From Antechinus flavipes (lineage: Eukaryota): a stretch of DNA of 64,000 bases. Numbering within the stretch: the first letter of the stretch is position 1; each line of letters begins with the position of its first letter. Under the pieces are notes generated by a model. It searched no databases, had not been told where the DNA came from, and saw only the letters and a program-made list of their open reading frames with translations. A program made the translations under genes and the position numbers. This document shows, one piece after another, positions 24,801 to 38,999 of the stretch. The stretch is taken from the NCBI RefSeq assembly GCF_016432865.1, contig NC_067399.1, forward strand, positions 682,186,001-682,250,000. Direction: 5' to 3'.

Positions 24801-26125
24801 GCTCCAAATTTTTCTCCAGAAGGGTTAGAACAGTTCACAACTGTACCAACAGTGCATTAATATACCCATTTTCCCTATCTCCTCCAAAAATTGTCATTTC
24901 TGATAGGTGTGAAACAATATCTCAAAGTTAGTTTAATTTATATTCTCTAATAGTGATTTGAAGCATTCTTTTATATGACTCTAGACAATTTTGATTTTTT
25001 TCTTTCATATCCTTTGAACATTTATCAACTAAGGAATAGCTCTTATTTTTCTTAATTTGGCTCACATCTCTTCATTTGAGAAATGAGACTTTTATTAGAG
25101 AAAATTACTTTTAAAAATGCTTGTTACTTCATTGCCAATGGTACTTTTTAGCAAAATGAAAATTCTCTGATTTTTTTTTAATTAGGTCAATTTTTGCTTT
25201 TGCTTTGTCTGAATACAATTGCTACCCATGCCTTTTTTTTTTTTTTTTTTACTTCAGCCAAAACATTAAATCCAGCTCCAGTGCTTCATTGTCACTCTGT
25301 GTTTTTTTTTTTTTCTTTTACGAGGGTATCTCTTATAAAGAGCATATTGCTGGATTCTAATTTCTAATTCATTCTGTTATCCATTTTCATTTTATGGCTG
25401 AGTCTATCCCATTCATATTTATAATAATGATTATTGTGTATTTCCCTCCATTCCATCCATTTATTTCTCTCCCTTTTGTTTTATCCTGTCCCTCCTCAAA
25501 ATCAGGTAAATAACCCTTTCTTTTATCACCCTACCTCTTTTCTCTTAACTGACAATAAAATAGAGAGAAAGGGTGTAAGATATGATTTTTATACACACTT
25601 GAGTGTGTATAAAATTTCTTTCTCAATCTACTCATTTTTCAATCAACTCATAGTCATGTCCTCTGTCTATGAGGCCTCCATCTAATGGTCCTTAATTGAT
25701 AAAGTTCTTAGGAGTTAAATATATCATACAATCCCATTTGGAATAGAAACAATTTTAATCTAATTGAGTCTCTTAATAATGACTGTTTCTTGTTTATGTT
25801 TTTATGCTCACTTAAGTATTGTCTGAATAACAAATTTTCTTTTTAGCTTTGGTCTTTTCAGCAAGAATGCTTTAAAAGATTTCTTTTTTGTTGAATATCC
25901 ATTTCCCTCTTAAATGATAGCAAACATCTCCAATGCCCACCACTAGGCTTGCCCTGCTTATGCTCTGAATTCGCCTCCTCTTCTCCTCACCCAGATTTGA
26001 TTGGGCTGGAATAATGTGTCACCTGGGCTTTTTTGTTGACTTTGCTCTTAAAAAAAATTGACACGAGGCATTATTTTAAAGCTTGGAGGAGAATGCTGGA
26101 AGTGTTGCTGCCTCTCATCTGCCAT
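21880..26125 (-). mobile_element. Fragmented old L1 complex (3'UTR/ORF2 pieces, ORF2 start and spacer, 5' tip)
   Basis: Several segments resemble the reverse strand of the young L1, e.g. 22300-22800, 24330-25200 and 25170-25400 (aattaggtcaatttttgcttt), with a 5'-tip gccatcttggct at ~26120. Interrupted by unique sequence. Confidence 0.75.
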
Positions 26126-27429
26126 CTTGGCTTTATCTCTCTGGTGTACTTTGAATCACTGCAATTTGATTTCTTCATGGATCATGGTGTCTCCACATTT
26201 GGAGCCATAATAAAATCACAGGAGAAACTGATGTTTAAAAAGATTCATTTTTTGCAGCAGTGAGTAGCTTACACTCATTTCCAAGTCTGCAAGCTTTTCC
26301 AAATACCATCTAGCCTCCTGACAGTTTTCTCCTGCTCCACTGTGGGCCCAGCTCAATGTCCATCTGCAGAGCCTGTCTAGGAGGACATAGTGCTGTAGTA
26401 TCTCAGTGGGCCCAGCCAGCTGAAGCTGGCAATATCTGCAAGACACACTATCTGCCTGCCTCAACTTGTTCTTCACTGATACAGATGGTAAAAATGGATG
26501 TCTTTTAAATAATGTATGGATTTCTCTGAAGAGGCTTTTCAATGCGCCAGGGCTCAATGAAATTAATAAATCATATGTAAATAGAAGCATTTTGGAAAAC
26601 CTTGACATTGAAAAGGAAACCTCCTATTTAGATTGCAGGAAAAAAAGTCTAGGAGCAAAATAATATTCTTTGGTTGTTGGTCTAGATATGTAGTTTTGCT
26701 GGAGTAGGGAACTTCCACTGTGGGAGTAAATTATCATCTTTGCTGGAGATAATGTCTTCAATACGTTTGTTCTTAATTTTCCAAAATTACTGTATGATTG
26801 ATAGCCCTTGGTACCCATTACACAGAATTTTATAATTTCCTAATTGATGTTCCAGCCATAAATTTATATTCTTTAATTCATTTAATCCATCTTTAATCCA
26901 GCAGACTACTTCTTTTCAGCCATATCTTTGGACATGAGAGACCCTTTTGCCAACTGGCACGGCTTTCTATTGTCTACGAGACCCAACACAGAGTCCTTAA
27001 TAGGGCCTTGTGGACTCTTTCCCAACTAGTGCCAACTTCTTCAATGGGACTTTGGCTTTGATTGTTGTCCTACTGATGTTCTGTTTCACTCAGGCTTCTG
27101 ACTTCATTGTTCCAAGAAATCCTAATATAGAAGCCCCTTTTACCAAAGCAAAATTCACCCAAGTTCAGCAAAGCATTAGATAATGTATATCAGAGACAGG
27201 ACTTGAATCCAGGTCTTCCAGACTCTAAGATGAAGACCTCTGCGTACTGTCAGGATGCTTCTCAGTGAACCCTTTAGAAAGCAGAATTCTTTCTATTTTA
27301 GAATAAATGCTTTCAATATGTCATAGCAATTAGATTTTTCAGCAATGACAAGGAAGGGATCACAATGAAAAATGTAACTTAACTAGTACTATGATATACA
27401 CATATTTTCATACAAATAAAAGAGGTTGA

Positions 27430-27600
27430 TGGTTAAGGAAAAAACAGAAACTGAGAAAACAAAAAATGATACAGAGTGGAAGGAGACAGAGAAAAAGAGA
27501 GAGAGAGAGAGAAAGGGGGAAATGGAGATAGAAACAATGGGAGGGGTAGGAAAGAAAACAGAGCCAGAGAGAGAAGAGAGAGAGATTCATCTTCAAGTGA
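27430..27600. repeat. GA-rich low-complexity tract
   Basis: (GA)n and purine runs read directly. Confidence 0.85.
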
Positions 27601-28209
27601 AAAGGATCTGGATTTGTTTTTGTTTTGTTTTATTTTGTTTTCTGACATGCTCACTGGAACAACTACTTATGGTCTTTAGCAAGAAGATTTTTCTTACTGA
27701 AAAGCTCTTATAAAAGAAAATCATATCTATAACCAACACACATACAAATGTACGCACACACACACACATTTTTTATCTTTATATTCCCTCTACACAATGC
27801 AATGCCTGACAAAAACTAAGTACTTAATAAGTCCTTATTTACTGACTCAATTACAGATACAGGAAAAAAATATCTGTTTGTGTGGAAATTGTTGTGAACG
27901 CAATATGTAACTTTGCTTTACCTCTGGTACACCTTTTCTTCTCTTTTTGTGAGAGGATGATGGTGATACAAGGAGACTGAGAGGCAGTTGCTGTTCTCTG
28001 ATCTCCCCACTGAGAGGCCATAGAGCTATCTGACCTCTCTCCTCTCCCCTCTGCCTCTAATTTATTTTCCCACTCCACAAGCAACACCTGTGTCAGTAAA
28101 GGCTGCTTTGTATCTCCTTCACATGTTATGATTCACAGCTCTGGAGGCTCTCAGAGAATTAACCTGCCCTTTACAGTACACTTAGGCATGGTCCTTAACA
28201 AGAAATGAT

Positions 28210-29290
28210 GGAGTTAATTTCTAAAATGTGTAGAGAATTGACCCAAATTTATAACAATACAAGCCATTCCCCAATTGATAAATGGTCAAAGGACATAAAG
28301 AGACAAATTTCAGATGAAGAAATTAAAGCCATTTCTAGTTGTGGGGAAAAAAAAGGCTCTAAATAACCATTGATAAAAGAAATATAAATTAATCCAATTC
28401 TGAAATATCACTTCATATCTCTCAGGTTGGCTAAGATGATAGTAAAAGATAATAATAAATGTTGGAGAAGATGTGGGAAAATTGTGACACTAATACAATT
28501 GTTGGTGGAGTTGTGAACTGATCCAACCATTCCGAAGAGCAATTTGTAACTATGTCCAAAGTCCTATCAGACTGTGCATACTCTTTGATCCAAAAGCATT
28601 TCTACTGAGCCTGTATCACAAAGAGATAATAAAGGAGGGAAAGGGACCCCTATGTGCAAAAATGTTTGTAGCAGCCCTTTTTGTGGTGGCAAGAAACTGG
28701 CAACTGAGTGGATGCCCATCAGTTGGAGAATGGGCTGGATAAATTATGATACATGAATGTTAGGGAATATTATTATTCTATAAGAAATGATCAGGAGGAT
28801 TATTTCAGAGAAGCCTGGGGAGGCTTATATGAATGGATGCTAAGTGAACTGAGTAGAAGCAAGAGAACACTCTATACTACAAGAAAAGGTTATGTGATGA
28901 TCAACTCTGATGGAGGTGGCTCTTTTCAACAATGAAGTGATTCAGGCCAATTCCAAAAGGCTTGTGATAGGGAGCCATCTGCACCCAGAGAGAGGTCAAT
29001 TGGGACTGAATGTGGATCACAATCTAGTATTTTCACTTCTTGTTGCTATTGTTTGCTTGGTTTTTTCCCTCTCTTTTTTTTTCTCTTTTGATCTAATTTT
29101 ATTTGTTCAGCACAATAAATGTGGGAATATGTTTAGAATTGCACATGTTTAACCTCTATTGGATTATTTGCTGTCTAGGGGAGGAGAGGGAGGAAGGGAA
29201 GGAGAAAAATTTGGAACATAAGGTTTTACAAGGGTAGATGTTGAAAACTGTCTTTCCATGTATTTTGGGGGAAAATCTATTATTATTTTA
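28210..29290 (+). mobile_element. L1 3' fragment (ORF2 C-terminus and 3'UTR)
   Basis: gtgcaaaaatgtttgtagcagccctttttgtggtggcaagaaactgg and NVREYYYSIRNDQ translation, G-tract and A-rich tail. Confidence 0.92.
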
Positions 29291-29734
29291 AAAAATGATG
29301 GAATTCTTGGAAAGAAATAGTTATTCCACTTTAGAATTTTTGATAGAGAAAGAAAGGAAAGACAGTTAATCAGTCATACATGCTATATTTTAGTACAACT
29401 CAATGCAAAAGATACAAAGAAAGAGTAGTAAGAATTTCACAATCTAATGTTTTACAGGAGAAGCCTTTTCTCCAAGTTGTAGAAACCTTTTCAAAGTGAA
29501 TATTAATAGTACAAAGAAAGACAATTCTGATGAGTAGAAAAGGAGAAAATGGGCAAGTGGTCCAAAGAGCCATCAAAAAAACTTGCTAACAGGCTTAGAT
29601 TTTTTTTTTAAATACAGGAGATGAAATGAGCTAATGGAGTATGAGGAGAAAAAATCCTATAGGAGTGGTTCCAAGAAAGCTATGGCTGGTGAAGTCATTG
29701 AAGAAGGAAGACATATAGACAGATAATTAATTGA

Positions 29735-29900
29735 TATGTATATCAATTTCTATATATATAATATATATATATATTAGTATATATATACGTGTGTGTGCGT
29801 GCACATGCATATCTGTGTGCATACATTATATGTATGAAAAGTATACATACTTAATATATTTTCCATATATGCATAAATATACAGATACAAATATATATGC
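29735..29900. repeat. TA/TG-rich low-complexity tract
   Basis: Read directly. Confidence 0.85.
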
Positions 29901-29929
29901 ATGGGTGGTACTCTCTTAGGAAGTGCTTC

Positions 29930-30300
29930 AAACCTATTAAATTGGCTAATGGATCAGAAAATGAAAATGACAAATGTTGGAAGGAAAGTGGGGAAAATGA
30001 GATAACAATGCATTGTTATTGGAATTGTAATCAACTATTATGTAGAACAATCTGGAAGTACGTCCAAGAGTTATAAATTTATGCTTACCCTTTGACTTAA
30101 AAATAGCACTACTAAACATGTATCCCAAAATAGATTATTTATAAAAGAAAAAGGACCAATATGTACAAAAATAATTTTAGCAGCTCTTTTCTCAGGCCAA
30201 AGAATTGGAAATTGAGGGGATGCTCATCAGTTGGGAGAATTGGTAGAAAAACTATGATATGATTATGTTGGAATATTATTGTGGCCTCATCAATATTTCA
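29930..30300 (+). mobile_element. Old L1 ORF2 C-terminal fragment
   Basis: attggctaat...aaatgttggaagg and gaattggaaattgaggggatgctcatcagttggg resemble L1 ORF2. Confidence 0.8.
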
Positions 30301-30659
30301 TTTCTAAAAGGTTTCTATTACTTGGAGAAAAGCCTTCTCCTATAGAACTATATTGTCTTATAATATGCATATTATGTCTATGGTAAGTATATATACTTAA
30401 TGTTTGACAGATACAGATACAGATATGTGCAAATGTGAATCAGGGAGAAAAAAAGAAATGAATTAAAAGACAGAGACTGATTCTTATAGGAAGACACAAA
30501 GATATACCATATGACAATAAAAAGGCTCAAATCTTCATGCTTCTATTTTCGCTACTAAGGAAAAGAATCTTTGAATTGGACCTTTGAACAGAACAAAATA
30601 ACTAAGAGGGAATTGAGAGTAAGTTAATCAGAGATAACAAAGGCTTTCTAGCTGACCTT

Positions 30660-30745
30660 GTCTGTCTGAGTCAATAACCCAAGATGAGCCAAATCCAAGG
30701 GTACTGCAGGAGCTGTCCAAGTTAATTGCTGAGCCATTAAAAGAC
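30660..30745 (+). mobile_element. CR1/L3 relic
   Basis: ccaagggtactgcaggagctgtccaagttaattgctgagccatt resembles CR1 ORF2. Confidence 0.55.
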
Positions 30746-30974
30746 CATGTCCTAGTGGAGAGGCGAGGCGAGACTATACAAGAAAACTGTTGCCATGACC
30801 CTCTTTTAAAAATAAGTAAAATAAAATAGAGAAAAAAGTAGATTCTATAGTCTCACGTCCTGTACATGGCGTTCAGATCACAATGTAGGCATGCAAAAGA
30901 ACCTGATTGAAATGTGACCCCCAAGACCTAAAAATATTTTTCCTGCTTTCAGAATTCCCCGTTTTCCTTGTTAG

Positions 30975-31038
30975 GTGTCTGAGTGACAAGCAAACTTCTG
31001 GCTCATCAATCAGAGATTCACAAGTTCAGAACAAACAA
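30975..31038 (+). CDS. Candidate exon (64 nt, phase 2 to 0; alternative acceptor at 30953)
   Basis: Acceptor gttttccttgttAG and donor CAA|GTAAAC. Open frame SCLSDKQTSGSSIRDSQVQNKQ is phase-compatible with 20955-20988. Confidence 0.2.
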
Positions 31039-32748
31039 GTAAACGTGTGCAGCGCCTAAAGTGCTGACCTTGCTGAACTTATTCAAAAAGATCCATATTG
31101 AAGTCCTTCTTGCATCCCAAGTCACCTGCATGGGGAATGATTATCTATTAGAGATCCCTGAGGGTTCAATATTCTCTGTTACAAAAAAGGCGAGATTACA
31201 AAGGCTTGGCTGCTGACTACATCTTAGTGAAAAGAATCTCTCTTTGGCCATGAAATCACTGGAATCATTGTACTTCAAAATTTATAAAGCACTTCTTATA
31301 TATCAGTTAATATCTAGAAACTATAGTTCTAGGAAAAAAGTTTTGGTTTATGTTTTGGTTTGTTTGTTTGTTTTTGTTTGCTTTTATTTATTTTTTTAGC
31401 CTGCAGCTTAGGTATTGGAAGAGGCAGCTACAACAAAGCTACACAGGTGGTGATTTTCTTCGTTAGTCTTTCATCTAATGAGTTCAGCATAACTACAGGC
31501 AATGTTCAGTGCTTCGAAATTGTCTGAAATTAGGTTAATGGTTTGTAGCAAGCAAGTTCTAGGGCAGACACTTTCTAGCAAAATATCTGTCCTCCTCCCT
31601 AACTTGTTCATAGTAATAAGTCTGCTGCCACACCCTGAGTCACCTGGTTAGTGTTTAGTCTAAAAAACAATTGCACCCTAAGATACATATTTGATCATCA
31701 GTCAATGATTAATCTTGATATTTAAAATTAATAAACATCCAATTCATCCCAAAGTACTAAACCAAGCAAAGAACTAGATGTGATAACAAATTTTGACAAG
31801 GACAACAGTTACAAAGACATCTATTGGGTTAAGAGCAAATATATAAAAAAAAAAGTACCATCAGACTTCACTCCTATGGATAAATCAGCAAATTACCAGG
31901 TCTCCTTTCTGCAACATTTTAAAATTTACAAAACCTTACATCCTCCTGATAGTCTTGGTACTGATCTCTGAAGGACATGGGACTGCACACTTAAGGCCAT
32001 GGAATCCATTATCTTTTCTATTTTATTTGTCCAGCCAAATGCATGCATTTACCCATGTATCCTTTCCCATAGGTCTTTGTTTGTGTGTACCTCCTCCCTG
32101 ACTCGATGGGAGTTATTAGGACATCTGTGGGGGCATGCATTTTTTGTCTTTAATTCTTTAAGACTTATGGAAGGGATGGAGAACATTCGAGTTCTTGTTC
32201 ATGGCTGAAATGATTCATTTTGTGATGAATGATTTAATGAATATCTCCAAACAGCTGGTTTCACCATTTATCCTAATCAGAGAAAATTCCTTCTGAACAT
32301 TTTAAAATCAAGTTGTTTCTTCTAACATTTCACAATGTAAATAAATACTTTTTCTAGGAAGCTTCCTGGGTGACTTGCTTTCTGGTCAATTTTATTAGAC
32401 TCCAATTCACACATAACCATTTGGGAAAACAAATGCAGCCACGTGACACAGGATGTGGCAGCAGAATTACTAATAGAAACAATATAGGGAAGAGGACAGG
32501 TATTTTCCTAGAAAGTGTCTGCCCTACTGCTTGCTTGCTACAAACTTATTAACTAATTTCAGACCAGTCTGAAGCACTGAACATTGCCCATAGTTATCCT
32601 GAACTCATTAGATGAAAGATTGAAGAAGGAGGAAATCACAACCTCTGTGGATTATTTTACTCTCTTTATTGTTAGCTCCCTCTTCCAATAACTGAGTTGC
32701 ATGATAAAATAAATAAATAAAAGCAAACAAAAAAAAAAAACCCATAAA

Positions 32749-32751
<3 letters not shown>

Positions 32752-32791
<40 letters not shown>
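32752..32791. repeat. (CA)n microsatellite
   Basis: Read directly. Confidence 0.97.
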
Positions 32792-32795
<4 letters not shown>

Positions 32796-34129
32796 ACAAA
32801 CTCTGCCTTAGTTGTTCAGTAAGGACAGATATTAAGAATTCACAGGTATCTATTCTGTGAGAGAACCTAAATAAGAACACAGCAATAAAAATGGACAGTG
32901 GGCATATGTTTTAGAAAAACAGGTCAATATCTGGCAAAAAAAAAAAATAGTGAGAACTAATGAATATAAAGTGAGTGGAAATTCTTCTGAGAAGGCAAAA
33001 GCCCACACTAGAAAAAACCTAATGAAGACCAATGTTTTCCCCAAAGATAAAATATGTTCACTTTCATAGTTTCTTTCTCTTCTTCTTTCAGATACTATCT
33101 GGAAAAGGGACCCAATAACATGGAAATCTGGCCTTTGATTGCTAGAGATTTTAGACTGACGTTGCTCATTTGCAGAGCTGAGCATACATAGCATTAGATA
33201 CAAATAAAGTTGCTTTGAACTCTCTCATGTTGAGAAAGCAATGGTAGAAAGTAAGTTAGGAATTTCCATTTGTGTCTCTGTCATATATCTAGCAAAGGAT
33301 TGGGAACATAAAAAGTGTTTAGTAAATGCTCATGGGGTTGGATTGGCAACAATCATGAGAAAACAAAAAGCAAAGAACTTTTTAAAGTCAAAGTTGGTAG
33401 AAATCCAGCCAAAATATCCCAGTTACTGGTTTGGAAGAATTTAAATCTTGATTTGAGGTATGTAACTTAAGACAAATATAAATGTCAATTTATTTAACAC
33501 AACTCTTAAAAGTCTAACTTTAATAGATAATAATAATATTTCTGCCTTAATTTTTCTTCCCATCTCCAATCATCTAGTCAGGCCATCACAGCATCTTCTT
33601 GTTCTCATTCACTTACTCTTCCTGGACTAGTGAACTGGACTAGTCACTCCAACACTGTCCTGAGATCCGGACGACTCCAATCAGGTCTCCCAAAATCCAG
33701 GCCTTAGGTTCCGAGGAAGGAAGGAAGGAATTGTCCTCTAGGGCCCACCCTAGTAGATTGGCAACTGTTTCAAAGCTTAGCTGTTTAACCCATTGTATTT
33801 CTTGGCTGGCCCAAGACAACACTTCATCTTCACATTTCATGCATCAATGGCATCACTGGCCTAGGACTATTGACTTAATAGCACCCTAGATATAAGATCC
33901 AATAACATGACACTTTCCACCTCTCAAGAACAACTTCCTTCTAGGTGCATCTCTCCCCTGTATACCAAATGAAGAGATGAGTTCAGAGATCCCTTACAGT
34001 TCTAACACAACTCTGCTCATGATACCATTGCCCTTGCTATTATTTTATTTAATTTGTTAAATATGTCCCAATTACACATTTTAATAGGGTTCCTATGACA
34101 CAGTGGATTGTTGCAGTTTGTTTGACCCC

Positions 34130-34640
34130 TTTAGGTTAAATGATAACATGTTAGATAGACTTAAAATTGGAGAGAGACCACACTCAAAAACTAGTGATTG
34201 ATAGATTAATGTCAGTCTGGAGGGGTTTCTAATGGAGTCCAATAGGTACGATGTCTCTAAGTCTATTCTGATCCTAATCATTACTGGCACATTTCCCCAT
34301 CATGGGGGATTTATGGAGCTCTGAGGGGAGAGGTAATATATTGTGCCAATATTTTGTGTGCATATGTGTAGGTATGTATTCACGCATGTATATTAATAGG
34401 CTAGACATCTGAACTTGAAAATATAAAATTGACTGGGAGTAAAATATCTTTCTAGCCTAAAGGTTCTAAGCTAATTTGCAAAATGAATGATATGGCAAAA
34501 CAGAAACCTGGGGTTTTGGTGAACAGTAGGTTCAATATGAGAAAACAATGTGCCATGGGAGTCAGAAAAGATTATGGAATTCTAGGTAAGAAAGGGAGGA
34601 TAATGAGTGAGGGATGTAGTAACTCTATTGGATTATCCTT
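34130..34640 (+). mobile_element. CR1/L3 RT-region fragments
   Basis: gtcagtctggaggggtttctaatggagtcc and ggggttttggtgaacagtaggttcaatatgag resemble CR1 ORF2. Confidence 0.7.
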
Positions 34641-35364
34641 TGTCAGAGCACTACTAGTTCAGTAGATTCTATTTTGCATATCACAACAACAACCATATGA
34701 GACTTAGGGATACCTAAGTCTTTGATTATTGTACCTACAGTGTTGGGGATCACACTTGAGTTTTTTTTTTTGTTTGTTTGTTTTATGACCTGCTTAGCTT
34801 CTGAGGGAAGAGCTTGGAGCAAAGCATGGAAGTCGAAGCCAAAAGATTTAGACATATTTGGAATAAAATTATCATGAATTTAAACTATCCTAAATATGTT
34901 CATAATACATGTGGAATTAGTTGGGCCTACAGAAAAGATCATCAGCCTCATAGGAAGTCTTTCAGAAGTGTCATAACTCTTGTTAACCATCTTTGTTTTA
35001 GAGAGTTGTAAAGGGAGAATCTGATAATTCTTTCTATTTGGGCATCTTAGGTACCATTTTCTTTAGCAATTTCAATTTCAATCCATGGGAGCTACATAAT
35101 GTATCTCTGCAGAAGAACCATTTGTCTAAGAACCTGTGATTTTAATGTCAGTACCTCACCATAAGAATAATGGCCAATAGGTGACATTGTCTATACTGAG
35201 CACTTTAAAGTTAGCCAAGGCTTTTAATACAGTAGCTCATTAAATTAACACAAATCCCACAGGAGATAAAAGTGAAAGAATTATTCCAATGAATAGGTGA
35301 ATAAATGGAGTCTTATAGTGCTCCTGCAGTTTGTCAACGACTTCCAGCTAGTAATTCCTGGTAG

Positions 35365-35520
35365 NNNNNNNNNNNNNNNNNNNNNNNNNNNNNNNNNNNN
35401 NNNNNNNNNNNNNNNNNNNNNNNNNNNNNNNNNNNNNNNNNNNNNNNNNNNNNNNNNNNNNNNNNNNNNNNNNNNNNNNNNNNNNNNNNNNNNNNNNNNN
35501 NNNNNNNNNNNNNNNNNNNN
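35365..35520. other. Assembly gap (156 N)
   Basis: N run. Confidence 1.
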
Positions 35521-35655
35521 CCTGATTCTAGGTCTCAACCTCTCTCCACAGCAACAGGAAGCTAAAGGAAAGTTTTGTCAAAGCTCATAATGTATGAGCA
35601 ACCTGGCTTTGTATCTTATACATGGTTAGAATTTAGCTGTTAGAAGTTCACCAGG

Positions 35656-36236
35656 AATAATATTATTCTGTAAGAAATGACCAACAAGATGATTTCAGAA
35701 AGGCCTGGAGAGACTTACAGGAACTGATGCTGAGTGAAATGAGCAGGACCAGGAGACCATTATATACTTCAACAACGATACTGTATGATGATCGATTCTG
35801 AAGGACATGGCTCTCTCCAGCAATGAGATGAAACAAATCCGTTCCAATAAAGCAGTAATGAATGGAACCAGCTACATCCAGGGAAAGAACTCTGAGAGAT
35901 GACTATGAACCACTACATAGAATTCCCAATCCCTGTATTTTTGTCCGCCTGCATTTTTGATTTCCTTCACAGGTTAATTGTACACTATTTCAAAGTCTGA
36001 TTCTTTTTGTACAGCAAAATAACTGTATAGACATGTATACATATATTGTATTTAACTTATACTTTAACATAGTATTGCTCAACCTGCCATCTGGGGGAGA
36101 AAAAGGAGGAAAGGAGGGGAAAAAATTGGAACAAAAGGTTTTGCAATTGTCAATGCTGAAAAATTACCCATGCATATATCTTGTAAATAAAAAGTATAGT
36201 AAAAAAAAATAAACAAATTAGAAAAACATAAAAAAC
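35656..36236 (+). mobile_element. 5'-truncated young-family L1 3' end with 11-bp TSD
   Basis: AGTTCACCAGG at 35645-35655 and 36237-36247. The interior matches the end of ORF2 (RNDQQDDFRKAWRDL) and the 3'UTR. Confidence 0.9.
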
Positions 36237-36739
36237 AGTTCACCAGGTTTACATGTTAATTGCATTTCATGAGTAATACAACATATTTGGAACAATATTG
36301 AAATTGTGTTCAAAGATCACAATCATAAACAATAGCCGTATTTGCAAGGCAGGGAAGCCTAACAGCATACAACATTCAGGAGTCTCCGTGTGCCAGATGC
36401 AAGTTGTCCATCTCATAGAGATCTACATTTGAATGTGGTTCCTTTAATAGAAAATGGCATAAGCTTGAAAGAAGACAGATCTAGATTTGCATCAAGTCCA
36501 ATTCCTTCTTAGTTGACAGAAGAGAAATCTGAAGTTTAGAGAGAAGTTTCTTGACCAGCGTTATACAGATAAAATCTGAGGAAATATCAGAATTCAGCCC
36601 TTCGTAAAGATAAGTCCAGCATTTTCTCCATGCTTACCAGAGTAGGCACATCAAATAGTACTCAAAGATTGCCCAGAAAAACGGTTTTTTGAAATATTTT
36701 CCTCATAAAATCTTATTCTTGTTTCTAAAATTATGTCTT

Positions 36740-37310
36740 ATTTCTTATTGCTTGCTACTAAAATTCATCTTTCACGCAGCTCCTCATGTTAACTTTCCAA
36801 TGCACAAAAATAAACATACTATCCTTCTATTCAAAAACATTTGATGCTCCCTATTGCCAAGCAGGTAAACCACAAAGATCTCGTTCCCGTGTTCTGTCTC
36901 AAATCAACCTTGACATTCTAAAGGAAACTTAACTCCCTTTGTGTGTCCTACCTTGGTGCCCATCTGGATGTTTGCCTAACATACTCTACATCTGAACTGT
37001 CTTCTTTCCATGTCCTCACCTACTGAGAATTTTTTCTTCCTTTATTGGCCAAATCCACTGTCATGTCCTCCAGGGAATTATTGATGTACATAAAAGCTGG
37101 CAGTACCTCAACTCCCACAGTTCCATTTCTCATCCCTTCTATTGATCTCTCCTAAGAACTGGTCACACTCTAACTCTTAATGTGCAGTTTTGTGAACATT
37201 TTATATTCGCCTAATTAGATTGTCATATGCTTGAGTACAGAAATTGTTCCATTTTCCCCTTTACATCTTCATGGCCTAGCAGAGTATCTTACACTTAGTA
37301 GGTGGGTGTC
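36740..37310 (+). mobile_element. L2 fragment
   Basis: Degenerate L2 3' region (ctcaaaaacatttgatgctccctattgcc...catggcctagcagagtatcttacacttagtagg). Confidence 0.6.
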
Positions 37311-38999
37311 AAAATGTATATTTGCATGTCAATTTTTAGAGGAGAAAGAGCTTTCAACATATGGACCCAAGTGGTAGAAATGCACTTAATTTCTCCAACA
37401 AATCTTTACTTTGTCACCACTTTGTCACTCTCCATTTCCAACGGAATGTGTACCCATCTGGGATCAAGGGAATGGTCTTGAGAGAGTTACACCAGCTAAA
37501 ACCCTCATATAATTTTTGCTATTCTGGAACAGACACTCCCAAGGCAGGCAGGGAATTTCTTCAAAATGAGAACTACGTCCTTCACAGGCACCATGATGGA
37601 TGCATTTCCCATTGGGATGACAATTTGAATTTTCACTTTCCCTATATAGAAGATGAGAATGCAAAGTCAATGGCACAGCACAATGAGGCTTGAGCTGAGC
37701 TCTCTGCTGGAAGGGAAAATGCTGACTATGATCATGAGAAACCTTGCTTTGAAAAGAACTTTTAGTACATGATGTGTATACAGCTTATAAAGATTGACCA
37801 GTTCCTCTGAGAACTTCCATTTGAAGGGAAGTGTCTGGGCTAGCCATGTTTTCATCTCTCTTTGTACTCCACCCCAAACTCTACAGATGTTCTCTATCAT
37901 GGCTTGATGGGCCCCATCTACCCCTTCCTCCCTTTAAGTATTATTTTCTCCCCATCAGAATATAAGGTCTTTGAAGTCAGGATTTGTTTTTATTTGTTTT
38001 TCTATATTTATTTTAAGCAAACAGCACAGTATCTGGCATGCAGTAAGTGCTTAAATGTTTATAGACTTGAACTACAAAGTGCATGGCCTTCAAGTGAATC
38101 TCAGGGATTCTTCAGGATCAGGTCCTGAGCTTCCTCTCACTTTACTGACTGAAGAGTATGCAAAGCCAGCACCGATTCTTCCCCTAATGAAATCAATCCA
38201 ACTGGAGCCTTCTTGACACACTACACAATGTGGGAGGGACCTAAGCAGTCACAGAACCCAGACTCTGCTTGAACGGGAACTGGCTACTCTCTTCTTGAAC
38301 GTCTCCATTGAGGAAAGAGAAACACGCCACTCAGTGAGGGAAGCCAATGCACTCTGGGATAATTCTTATGATTAGAATGATTTTTCTGACATCAATCCTA
38401 AATGTGTCTTATTAGAACTTCCAACCACTATTCTTAATTCTTGAGCTAAATGAGGCAATCCTTATTCTAGAAATACACATTCAAGTAGATGAACACAAGT
38501 AATCTCTCCCACAAATCTTCTCTAATCCATCATAACATCTCCAGTTCCTTCAATCTATTCCCTTCTGACATTAAATCCAGATGCTCTGCTATCTTGAGTC
38601 TCACCTTCTGAAAATAATTGTTTATCAGTGTCCTTCTTGATCCCAAAAGGACCTCAGTGGTGTCTGCTCAGATCCAGTTACAGTAAGCTGATTTCCTCCT
38701 TACATCTGGATATAAAAGCTCTCAGTGCAGCCCAAGGATCATAAGTAGTTTTAAGCTGTCAAATAATGTGTCATGTTCATATTGAACTTGAGGCCTAGCA
38801 GAACCTCAAACTGACAAGTCTCCATTCTCCCATCCTGAACTTACGAAGTTGATTTTGAACTTGAGATTCTATTATCATATTTATCCACATTTTATTTTAT
38901 TGGTTTCAGCCTAATGTTCTTGTTCTTTAAGATCATTTTCAAATCTTAATCCTTCTATCAAAGAAGAGAATGAAGCAATAGAAAGATTTTATAGAAAAA

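Noticed and set aside
26216-26608. 130-aa minus-strand ORF with a GTGGGCCCAGC direct repeat
   Set aside because: No recognisable product; splice-bounded readings on either strand were unconvincing.
37361-37693. 110-aa plus-strand ORF in unique DNA
   Set aside because: No homology recognised and no clear promoter or splice context; within chance expectation for 64 kb.
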